Shown here: positions 20,901 to 29,457 of the stretch, in pieces | Position numbering within the stretch: the stretch's first letter is position 1 | Layout of the letters: every line of letters starts with the position of its first letter | Assembly (NCBI GenBank): GCA_963804995.1 | Contig: CAWDSK010000005.1 | Span: 640,001-704,000 of the forward strand | DNA length: 64,000 nt | Direction of reading: 5' to 3' | From: an uncultured Acidobacteriota bacterium | GTDB lineage: Bacteria > Acidobacteriota > Terriglobia > UBA7540 | Notes under the pieces: generated by a model | Told to the model about the DNA's origin: nothing | The model's database searches: none | Seen by the model: only the letters and a program-made list of their open reading frames with translations | Position numbers and translations under genes: made by a program

Positions 20901-21030
20901 TCTCCTGAAGCAGGGACTCGAAGGGCGAGCGCACGCTCATTTCGTTCAGTACACCCTGGTCCCGCAAGGCCGCGACGTTTTCGTAATACTTGCGAATGGA
21001 GCGGTGGGTGGGAGCGATAAGTCCACTCAT
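17917..21030 (-). CDS. Single-chain restriction-modification enzyme (PD-(D/E)xK nuclease + N6-adenine MTase + type ISP-like target recognition domain, no helicase)
   Basis: RPDG...WEAKD nuclease motif; IVYTPQEIV; IIDPCTGTGNF (motif I); GNPPY (motif IV); YRPFTKRYLY and LGNRSALEWVIDQY in the C-terminus. True start probably ATG 21030; the ORF-track extension to 21219 overlaps the intron. Confidence 0.88.
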   Translation of the reverse strand: MSGLIAPTHRSIRKYYENVAALRDQGVLNEMSVRSPFESLLQETAKLKGWTLIPELSGKSGGALIRPDGTLRDRNSLPRGYWEAKDTQDDLDSEIKKKIARGYPLSNIVFEDTQTGVLFQNKQKVNGPYTLGNPKELVALLNQFFSYTEPDIEGFEEAIEEFKERVPDLARGLVEKIQRAHKDNAGFQAAFEKFFDLCRTALNPNIRVEAVDEMLVQHLLTERLFRTIFNNPEFVKRNAIAAEVERVIEALVSHSFDRTEYLKSLDRFYLAIENAARTLPDFSEKQHFLNTVYERFFQGYSVKLADTMGIVYTPQEIVNFMCASVAEVLEKEFGKSLSSPDVYIIDPCTGTGNFIVNLLRRMSGRDLPRVYREQLFANEVMLLPYYIASLNIEHAYFELTGEYEAFEGLCFVDTLDLSKSSQPHLYLTEKNAERVERQRKTPITVVIGNPPYNMGQQNENDNNKNRQYKEIDGRIKETYARASKATLKTKLYDPYVKFFRWATDRLQGRDGIVCFISNNSFVDQQAFDGMQEHLLKDFTDVYHVDLHGNVRKNPKLSGTTHNVFGIQVGVGVTVAVRRGDDGKHRLHYYRLPENWRKEQKLDWLSRTGTVAKVDWGKLTPGKWLTIGAEEFETFPPVATKEGRAAELEPQTIFKTYSLGVSTNRDEVVYDFSRGELADRVREFCEDYNAEVDRYKRSRKELQGQAFDRFLNYSKVKWSRDLKQDLRRRRYAEFNESRIKTAEYRPFTKRYLYLADLLNDTPGLCRSFFPNDTAAIDNRMLVTSDLAYRSPSINILAVNHPADLHLCASVDGHQCFPFYVYESDGVTRHENITDWALDHFRIYYNDKKITKWDIFYYVYGVLHHPVYRAKYAENLKRELPRIPLAKDFWGFSKAGKELAHLHIDYETLEPYPLKFIETSAVAPASRRQTTGRRDGGATIPLSYRVEDKMRLAKDHHSLKVNESLTLSGIPPETFEYRLGNRSALEWVIDQYQVTEDKHSGIRSDPNRSDDPEYIVRLVGQVIRVSLETVKLVKSLPAL
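18221..18273. repeat. Inverted GTAG-REP doublet inserted in frame inside the RM gene
   Basis: GTAGCGCCGCCGTCCCGGCGGC...GCCGGCGGGACGCCGGCGCTAC, translated as VAPASRRQTTGRRDGGAT. Confidence 0.8.
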
Positions 21031-21151
21031 AACGATGGAGGCAATACTAGCACTTTGAGGGGGGCGGACCAAGCGCCAATGGTTGTGTCGGATGGGGGGA
21101 CATTGTCGGTGGCGGACGTGAAAAGCCGCGGACCTCAGAGACGGAGGTCCG

Positions 21152-23064
21152 GTGCGCCGGGATAAACCGGCAGAAAGCAGAGAATGAAAATTTCTCACGA
21201 GGAAGGAGCAGCGATCCACTCGGCCCCGAGTTTTGCGCTGGGCGTCGTGAGGCGCACGGTGAAGCGTAAACAGGGGAATAGGTGGGCTGGGTATTGAGCT
21301 TCGAAAATGTCCAATCAGGACGCCGACGTTTTCAGACTAAACGGAAGGCAACATGAGGCCGGGACGCCAACGCGAGTTCCGGCACAGTCCTGCGTAGTCG
21401 TAGACCCCAGACACGCCTAGACACTTTCTGCACGAGAACCGGGAGACCTCGGAGGCGCCGGCCGCCGTAGATCGTGGCCGGACGGCGGGAAAAGGCGATG
21501 GCCGTACAGCCCGCCTGCACGCTTTCGAGGAGTCGGACAGCGGAACAGTACCGATGAATCATTTGAACAAAGACGGGAAGCCGTTGGCGGAGAATGAGGA
21601 GGGAAGGCCGCTGATCAAGGAGAACACCCGTTGGCCTAACACGCACCCGACACAGAGCGGGGCACGCGTGTCCCAGGGACTCGCGGGTGTGCGGAAAGCC
21701 GCGAAGGAACACAGGGAGATGAAGTTCACGGCCTTGCTCCACCACTTAACGGTCGATCTGCTGCGGGAAAGCTTTTACGCCTTGAAGCGAAAAGCTGCAC
21801 CGGGAGTAGACGGCATGACGTGGCAGGAGTATGAAAGCGGGCTGGAAGGTCGACTCGTCGATCTGCACAGCCGGGTCCACCGCGGAGCATTCCGAGCGAA
21901 GCCCTCGCGAAGGGCGTATATCCCGAAAGGCGACGGGCGGCAACGTCCGTTGGGGGTTGCGGCACTGGAGGACAAGATCGTCCAACAGGCCGTGGTCACC
22001 ATCCTCAAGGCGATTTACGAGGAAGACTTTCTGGGCTTCTCGTATGGCTTTCGACCGGGATGCAGCCAGCATCAAGCGCTGGACGCGCTCTCGTACGCGC
22101 TCACGGTGAAGCACGTGAACTACGTTCTTGACGCGGACATTCGTGGATTTTTCGATTCGATATCCCACGAATGGATGCTCAAGTTCGTGCAGCATCGCGT
22201 CGCCGACCCCCGGATTCTCCGGCTCATCCAGAAATGGCTGAAAGCCGGGGTGAGGGAGGAAGGCGAATGGTCGGAGACGGAGATGGGTACGCCACAAGGG
22301 GCGGTGGTCTCGCCCCTGCTGGCGAATATCTATCTGCACTACGTCTTTGACCTGTGGGTGCAGGCGTGGCGCAAGAAGCACGCCCGGGGAGACGTGGTCG
22401 TGGTGCGGTATGCCGACGATACGGTCCTTGGATTCCAATCGCAGACGGAAGCCGACCGCTTTCTGGAGGATTTCCGGGAGCGGGTGGGGAAGTTTGGATT
22501 GGAACTGCATCCTGACAAAACGCGCCGGATCGAGTTCGGGCCGTTTGCCGAACTTTACCGGAAACGGAGAGGAGAAGGTAAGCCGGAGACGTTCGACTTT
22601 CTGGGCTTCACGCATATCAGCGGGAAGAACCGGAGGGGGCAATTTACCGTGAAGCGGAAGACGATCAGCAAGCGCCTGCGGGGGAAGTTGCAGGAACTCA
22701 AGCAACAACTCCGGCAGCGTCGGCACGATCCCATCGCGGATACGGGTAAATGGCTCCGGTCGGTCGTGCAAGGCTACTTCAACTATCACGCGGTACCGGG
22801 AAACCTCAACCGCCTGCGAATCTTTCGGGAACGGTTGACCCGACTGTGGCGAACGCAACTGCGTCAACGCAGTCAACGCCACCGCCTCAACTGGGACCGA
22901 CTGGGGAAGCTTGCGGCCTGCTGGTTGCCTGCTCCGCACGTTGTGCATCCTTGGCCATCCCAACGGTTCGCCGCCACACATCCGAGATAAGAGCCGTATG
23001 CGCTAACCAGCGCACGTACGGATCCGTGCGGGGGGTACCGGGTAACCGGTATCCCTACCGCAAC
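21152..23064 (+). mobile_element. Group II intron, complete (probably bacterial class E-like; no En domain)
   Basis: 5' end GTGCG at 21152. Domain V GAGCCGTATGCGCTAACCAGCGCACGTACGGATC follows the RT stop; domain VI ends CCCTACCGCAAC at 23064. The flanks rejoin into a REP hairpin. Confidence 0.9.
21554..22990 (+). CDS. ltrA: Group II intron reverse transcriptase/maturase
   Basis: KFTALLHH, AAPGVDG, RPLGVAALEDKIVQ, GTPQGAVVSPLLANIYLH, VRYADD, FDFLGF, maturase GYFNYHAVP. Confidence 0.95.
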   Translation: MNHLNKDGKPLAENEEGRPLIKENTRWPNTHPTQSGARVSQGLAGVRKAAKEHREMKFTALLHHLTVDLLRESFYALKRKAAPGVDGMTWQEYESGLEGRLVDLHSRVHRGAFRAKPSRRAYIPKGDGRQRPLGVAALEDKIVQQAVVTILKAIYEEDFLGFSYGFRPGCSQHQALDALSYALTVKHVNYVLDADIRGFFDSISHEWMLKFVQHRVADPRILRLIQKWLKAGVREEGEWSETEMGTPQGAVVSPLLANIYLHYVFDLWVQAWRKKHARGDVVVVRYADDTVLGFQSQTEADRFLEDFRERVGKFGLELHPDKTRRIEFGPFAELYRKRRGEGKPETFDFLGFTHISGKNRRGQFTVKRKTISKRLRGKLQELKQQLRQRRHDPIADTGKWLRSVVQGYFNYHAVPGNLNRLRIFRERLTRLWRTQLRQRSQRHRLNWDRLGKLAACWLPAPHVVHPWPSQRFAATHPR

Positions 23065-23135
23065 CGCTACACTTGCTTATCGGGAAGCTGCCATGGCGAG
23101 GTAAACTCGCCGCCACATAGAAACCACAGCCGACC

Positions 23136-23450
23136 TCAGGCAAAAACTTGTTGCAGTGTTTTCAGCGTCGAAGCCAAAACTGCCGGGCGAATCGTTCCCA
23201 GTCGTTTGACCAACCGGACCTTGTCCAACGTCCGGAGCTGGTCCAGAAGAATCAGTCCGCGCTTTCCGGAAAGAGTAACGGCAATGCGATAAGGGGCCGG
23301 TCTGGCGCCGGTAGTCATAGGAGCCACAATCACTATCCGAAGCTTATTGACGGCAGCGAGGCTGATGCGGCGATCCCACATCCTGTCCATCAGGTGCCGG
23401 GTCGGTTCTTGATCTTGTGGTTGAGTCCCCCGGCCCGACTCACCAGGTTG
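23136..23450 (-). pseudogene. pemK: Degenerate PemK/MazF toxin
   Basis: LRIVIVAPMTTGARPAPYRIAVTLSGKRGLILLDQLRTLDKVRLVKRLG is a PemK C-terminal motif. The N-terminus is scrambled and no antitoxin is visible. Confidence 0.7.
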
Positions 23451-24138
23451 TTCATTCGGGTGGGGGGGGACTAAGGTCGGCAACGTCTCTTGCCGATATA
23501 TGATTATGGATGAGAGGGTGGCGTCCGTCTGGTCTGAGTTCGGTTTGTAGAGGGGAGGGAGAAAGCCGATGGGTGACGGTGGGCATTTGTAAAGATGGAG
23601 GGACATCAGGGGGGGATTCAGACTGGTTTCTGCACACAATTGGGCCGCGGAGATTTCAGGTGGACGTTTACTCCAAGTGGGTCGTGGCCTTGGGCTCAAA
23701 AATCCATTGTGGCGGGCAGAACCAGGGAAAGGAGTGTCCTGGAGGTGATGGAGATAAGTCGTAAACTGTCATTTGTACCCCTGGAGGGTGAAAGACCCGG
23801 TCGTGGCTGATGGCGATAGAGGTAATACTTCCTAGGGGACTTGAAGAATGCATTTATTCGTTGATAATTGGTTTCTCTCCGGTACGTCCCGCGCGGACAC
23901 CGCGCCGGAATGGAGAGTTCCCAGGAACGTTTAGGTTCCCAACGGTTGTTCGCGAGTGGATTTGCGAAGCCGACACAACTTGTTTGCGGTTTGTTATCGG
24001 GTGATTTCTTGCCGGGCCGAGGCATTGGCAGATTTCTGACACGGTGGCTTGTATAAGGCGAGCAAACGACCCTGGTCAGGTCGCAAAACGTGACTTTCTG
24101 GGAACTCCTGTGAGTCAGACGGCGGAGCTTTATTTTCT

Positions 24139-24729
24139 ATGACCGAACCCGTTCGATCCGTTGCGGACTCGATCCCTCACCATGGCTGGTACGCTCTTTA
24201 CACTCGCCATCAGCACGAAAAGATTGTGCATCGAATCCTGACGGGGAAGGGGTTTGAAGCTTTCCTGCCACTCTACACCGCCGCTCACCATTGGAAAGAC
24301 CGAATCAAGCGAGTCTCCCTCCCACTCTTCCCATGCTATGTTTTTCTCCGCGGGCCCCTGGACCATTGGCTTCCAGTCCTCACTACTCCCGGCGTTCACA
24401 CCGTGGTGGGATTCGGAGGGCACCCGGCGAGTATCGCCTGCACGGAGGTTGAGGCGATCCGGAGGGTAATCGAAAGCACTGTTAAGGTGGAGCCGCACCC
24501 ATTTCTTAAGTGCGGTGATCGCGTCAGAGTTATGGCCGGCGCGCTGCAAGGGCTGGAAGGGATTTTGGTCCGCAAGAAAAATTGGTGGAAGCTCCTCCTC
24601 TCGGTCGAGATGCTGCAGAGATCTGTGGCGGTGGAGATTGACGTTGCCCTCGTCCAGCGAGTCGGCGGGCGGAGTCAAGAACTTGTGCCGGGAATTATCA
24701 ACCCCGGTTGGTCGGGTGTTCCTGCCTAG
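24139..24729 (+). CDS. UpxY/RfaH (NusG paralogue) transcription antiterminator
   Basis: WYALYTRHQHEK, PLFPCYVFL, KOW motif GDRVRVMAGALQGLEG; heads the polysaccharide locus. Confidence 0.92.
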   Translation: MTEPVRSVADSIPHHGWYALYTRHQHEKIVHRILTGKGFEAFLPLYTAAHHWKDRIKRVSLPLFPCYVFLRGPLDHWLPVLTTPGVHTVVGFGGHPASIACTEVEAIRRVIESTVKVEPHPFLKCGDRVRVMAGALQGLEGILVRKKNWWKLLLSVEMLQRSVAVEIDVALVQRVGGRSQELVPGIINPGWSGVPA

Positions 24730-25039
24730 GAGCCCGTCGGAGATAGATTTCGTTGTACGTAGAATTAATAACTTAGCGAGGTTCGAGTGTCTGTAAGTTG
24801 TTGATTCTTCGTTGACGAATTATTATTTCCGACACACTCCTAGCTTTTATTTCCCTGCAAAATCACCGGGCGGAAGGCGAGAATTTTTCCAACCTTTCTG
24901 AATCATCGGACAAAATTACCGAAGGAAATAGCGGTCGAAACTGATTGACCTGCTAAGGGCTGCGCTGATTCCCAGTCATGGTTGCGATTAAGTCTAGTTA
25001 TACAGCTCTGTACAGCTTTGTGAGGGTTTGTAAAGCTTC

Positions 25040-26471
25040 GTGGTCTCCCGGGGCCCGCTCGTTTTGAATCAGGAAAAAACACAACCTCAGTTGTGGACAG
25101 GCGCCGAGTCCGCTCCTAGCTTCGCTTCCCAATGGTTGCACTCCCGCAGCATCGAGCTGCCGTTACAGTCCCGGTCGCGGCGATGGGTCTTCTCCCTTGT
25201 CGTGATCTTGATTGCCGTGCTCCTCGGTGGAGCTGTCCTGCACACAGCAATTGTCTCGGTCCTGGGAGGGTCTGTAGAAGCGGGGAAACTCCAGCAGGCA
25301 GTGGCGATTGATCCTTCCAATCCTGAACTCCACCATCGACTGGGGATGGTTCTAAGCAGTTCTCTAGAAGAGGCTGACCGGGCCGAAGGTGTAAAGCACC
25401 TCCGCCGCGCCACCGAATTGAATCCCCACGCCGCACAGTACTGGTCTGACCTCGCCTGGGTTTGCGAGTTGGCCGGTGACACGGCCTGTGCCACCCACGG
25501 AGTTCGAGCAAGCGGTTAAGATCAACCCAATGACGCCACAATTGCATTGGGTTGCGGCAAACACCCTTCTGCGGATGGGTCAAACGGATGCGGCCATGGC
25601 GGAGTTTCGCCGCCTGTTGGAGCTGGACCCGATGTACGGGCCGGCGACTTTCCACGTTTGCATGGGGTCACTCGGGGATCCGCAACTTATCGAACAGAAG
25701 GTGCTACCTCTTGGCAAGGATCCCCGCGTGCTCCTATCCTATGTGAATTTCTTGACCTCAAGCGGGCTCGCGGATCTTGCCCGTCCGGTTTGGGTTAAGA
25801 CCGTGGAGCGGGGAACTCCCTTTCCGCTTGCATTGGCCAGACCTTACATCGAGCATTTACTTCAGCTCGGGCGGGTTGAGGAAGCTCAGAGCGCGTGGCA
25901 GGATCTTGAAAAGCTCGGAGTCATCCCTAAGCCTGCCACCGATGATGAGGGCAATCTTATTTACAACGGAGGCTTCGAGCAAGTACCGCTCAATACTGGC
26001 TTCGATTGGCGGACCGGAGCCAGCCGATACTTAGCGCTTGATTTTGCGGACAGTGCTCCCTATGCGGGAAAGTCTTGCTTACGAATTGATTTCACGGTCA
26101 GCCGAAACGAAGCGTACCTGCCCTTGTCTCAACTAGTTCTGGTGACTCCCGGCCAAGCTTACCTCCTGACCGCCTATGTGCGCTCGCAGGAAATCACTTC
26201 TGACAGTGGGCCGCGATTGCAAGTGCTTGACCCCCAATCCCCTGAGAGCCTGATTGGGGTGAGTGAAACAACGGTTGGGACGACACCCTGGCACCAGATT
26301 AGTTTCAAGTTTTGCACTAAGCCAACCACAAGACTCGTGCAGTTATCCGTAGCACGAATCCTAAGCCGAGCCTTTCCCACCGAGATCACTGGAAGCTTTT
26401 GGCTCGACGCTGTGGTTATGAAGTCGTTGGGGCCAGCAAGTGAGAGTGCGTGTGGATCTCCTGCCCACTAG
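25040..26471 (+). CDS. Membrane-anchored TPR protein with C-terminal CBM_4_9-like domain; frameshift near 25495
   Basis: ORFs 25040-25519 and 25476-26471 join. TM segment, TPR repeats (AVAIDPSNPELHHRLG), NLIYNGGFE and FWLDAV motifs. Confidence 0.7.
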
Positions 26472-26500
26472 CCGGTGGGACGCTTCTTTTTTTGATTGAA

Positions 26501-27870
26501 ATGGCAAACCGATTACCCGAAATTCCAGGATTGAGGACTCGTCCAGCCCCCCGAGCATACACCGTGGCCCGGACGCTGCTCGGGTTGATGCTGTTCCTGG
26601 TGCCTCTCCCTTACGGCGCCGTCTATACGTGGGCTTGGGCGTCAATCAGCATCATGACACTCTTGATTCTGATTCTGTGGTTGCGGGGAAGTATGCAGGA
26701 AGGGCGGCTGAGAGTAGGTTGGTCCCCGCTTTACTTGCCCATTGGCCTTTTTTTCGCCCTCGGTCTCTTTCAGTTGGTTTTTCATTTCACCCTTACACCC
26801 ATCGCTACGCGAGAATCGCTTCTCAAACTCGCCACCTACTTTGTTTTGTTCTTTGTTGTCATCCAGCTTTTCGTTGCTTCTCCCGTCGAGACATGGCGCA
26901 GGGTGGGACTCGCCGTGCTGGTTTTCGGGTTTGCATTCAGCTTTCTTTCTATCCTTCAGTTTTTGTGGGACCCGGGCAGGATTTTCTGGGTCGATCACAA
27001 TCTTGGAGGTCCCTTCGGCCCTTACGTCGATCGCGACCACTATGCGGGTTTGATGGAGATGGTCATTCCAGTATCCGCTTCCTTTGTTCTCTCGCGGCCG
27101 AAACGTGATCCGCTGAATGCCATGTTCTGGTTTGGTGTGCTGGTCCCGATTGTCTCGCTGCTCCTTACCGGCTCTCGTGGAGGGCTTGTCTCTCTCTTGG
27201 TGGAGACGGCAATCCTGGGCGGGATCATGTTCTGGCGTGACCCTGTGCGCGGCCGACGAAGGAGAGTCGCAACCACGGGGTTGGTGCTTGCGGCCGTGGC
27301 GGTGCTTTTCTTCTGGCTTGTCCCGACCTATGTGCTTACCAAGCTCGGAACGGTTGAAAGCTATGCCTCGGAAACCAGTGCCGGCAACCGGCCGACCCTT
27401 TGGTGGAACTCTCTGGGATAGTTCGGGATCATCCCTTGCTAGGGGTCGGAATGGGGAGCTTTAAGACGGCATATCCACCTCATCAAACCCAGGCGAATGA
27501 TTTGGTGACTGAGCACGCTCACAATGACTACGTAGAAGCTTTGGCAGAAACTGGGCTACCTGGCGGAATTTTGGTTCTTGCTGCCCTGTTTTTGTTTTTC
27601 CCCATCGCGTTTAGAAACCTGGCTGTACAATTGGATGATGAGCCAGGGTGGAACAAACTGGGTGCAGCCGTCGCCTGTTGCGGGATGCTTGTCCACAGCT
27701 TCGTCGACTTCAACCTTCAAATCCCTGCCAATGCGGCATGGTTCGTATTCTGTTCCGGGCTGGCGAGCCTTTCTGGCTGGCCTAACCCTGGGCAAGTAGA
27801 ACATGCCCTAGCTGAGTTGCTCGAAGGCGGGAACGAGCCTCCTGGGTTGCGCGGCGTGGTGCGAATGTAG
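26501..27870 (+). CDS. O-antigen ligase-family (Wzy_C) membrane protein; frameshift near 27415
   Basis: GPYVDRDHYAG, LTGSRGG, HPLLGVGMGSF, HAHNDYVE, HSFVDFNLQIPANA. Confidence 0.85.
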
Positions 27871-28222
27871 CCTCGACTCCCTCCGCGGATTGCGGTGGGT
27901 GCCGAGAATATATAGGATTCTGATAAGGGTTTGATGGACCCCCTATGACACAGAATCGGCGGGTGGGAGTTTTAGGCCCGGGGCACGTTGGGTTGCCCAC
28001 TGCCCTGGGCTTCGCTGAACTGGGATGGAATGTAGTCGGGATCCTCCTCTGAAACTGAGCCCATCAGAGGCGTCGTTGAGAAGCCATACATAGGGGCAGG
28101 GGGGTAGTTGTCTCGGTTCCAAAGTTCACTTTGAAGGAACCTCACGAAACGATGGTTATGGAAGGCTATCCTTTGAACCACCTCACCCGAGGAGCGGGCA
28201 GATTACCGATAGGAGTTACACC

Positions 28223-29299
28223 ATGAACACTGAAATCTCTCGAATCTCGGAAGCAACAAGAGGAAAGCCCGGACGCCATCTGTTAACGAACACGCTTCTG
28301 GGGCTCGCGATAGGATTAATCGCGATCAGTGGTTGCCCAATCCTACGGGCTCAGGACACTGCCCAAGGCTCAAAACCCAGCCCTGCGGCCTCGGAAAAGC
28401 AACCCGCCGCTGCAACTCCCGTGGCGCCTCAGGACGACCAGATTGAGATAAGTCCGAAAGATGTTTTGGATATCTACGTCTACGACGTTCCCGAGCTTTC
28501 CCGTTCGTATGACGTAAGCCCATCGGGGATGGTCACTATGCCGCTTTTGGAGCAGCCGGTCCATGCCGTGGGGTTGACGCCTGACCAGTTCGCGCGCGCA
28601 TTGGAAGAGGCTTTCCGCCAGTCCGGTCGCCTAAGACGCCCGGAAATCGCCGTCTCGATTAAGCAAACGCGAAATAGTTCTGTGGCGGTGGACGGTGGTA
28701 TAAAAACTCCTCAGGTTTTACAGGTCGTTGGGCGGACGAAGCTTGTCGACATTCTTTCTCAATGTGGCGGGCTGGCTGACGACGCAGGGTCTGAAGTCAC
28801 GGTAACGCATGGCCCCTTGGCTCTGCGGGACCTCCCCTCGGAGGGTGGGCAGGCGACTCAGACGCTGACCCTCGAGTTGAAGAAGGTGCTGGATGGCAAT
28901 GATCCAGCTTCGTCGACTTTAGTGTGGCCGGGTGATCGCGTATCAGTGACCCGTGCTGGCGTTTTTTACATCCTCGGGGATGTCAGGAGTCCTGGGGGCT
29001 ACACCCTTGGCGCTCCACACAGTGACTTAACCGTACTACGGGCCTTGGCCCTTGCCGGCGATGCGAATAGAACTGCTAAGAAGAACAAGGCAATGATCAT
29101 CCGAAAGGATCCGAAAGCGCCGAATGGACGTGAGGAGATTGCACTTAATCTGAAGGATATAATGAGTGGACGGAAACCAGATCCCAAATTGCAAGCGAAC
29201 GACATCCTCTATGTCCCGTCCAGTGGAGGCAAGCGTGCGCTCCAAACGTTAACTAACGTTCCCGCGACACTCGCGACGAGCGCCGTCATAGTTCACTAG
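28223..29299 (+). CDS. wza: Polysaccharide export protein (Wza/OPX family, SLBB domains)
   Basis: DVLDIYVYDVPELS...VSPSGMVTMPLL...GLT, plus SLBB repeats ending LQANDILYVP. Confidence 0.9.
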   Translation: MNTEISRISEATRGKPGRHLLTNTLLGLAIGLIAISGCPILRAQDTAQGSKPSPAASEKQPAAATPVAPQDDQIEISPKDVLDIYVYDVPELSRSYDVSPSGMVTMPLLEQPVHAVGLTPDQFARALEEAFRQSGRLRRPEIAVSIKQTRNSSVAVDGGIKTPQVLQVVGRTKLVDILSQCGGLADDAGSEVTVTHGPLALRDLPSEGGQATQTLTLELKKVLDGNDPASSTLVWPGDRVSVTRAGVFYILGDVRSPGGYTLGAPHSDLTVLRALALAGDANRTAKKNKAMIIRKDPKAPNGREEIALNLKDIMSGRKPDPKLQANDILYVPSSGGKRALQTLTNVPATLATSAVIVH

Positions 29300-29457
29300 T
29301 GTTGCCTCATAAGGCCATTAAGTTGGGGAGCTTGCAGTGGGGTTCACTACACCACTCAACAGCATCGTGGCTGTATCCAATACTGGAGACTCCGTGGAAT
29401 CAGGGCCGACACCGAGTCTTTCCCGACAACCAATAGGCTCAGACGTGAGGAAATAAC

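Noticed and set aside
21031..21219. N-terminal extension of the RM ORF
   Set aside because: It overlaps the intron 5' end and the REP; the recognisable protein begins at ATG 21030.
21554..22990. RT as a retron, DGR or defence RT
   Set aside because: It has the maturase domain, YADD, a GTGCG 5' end and domains V/VI, so it is a group II intron.
23460..24130. Small ORFs or an ops-like leader upstream of the antiterminator gene
   Set aside because: No recognisable protein motifs, and no clear ops/JUMPstart match could be identified by eye.
24794..24806. IHF-like site (AATCAACAACTTA on the minus strand) after the antiterminator gene
   Set aside because: It matches the consensus, but a single short motif is not enough to support a call.
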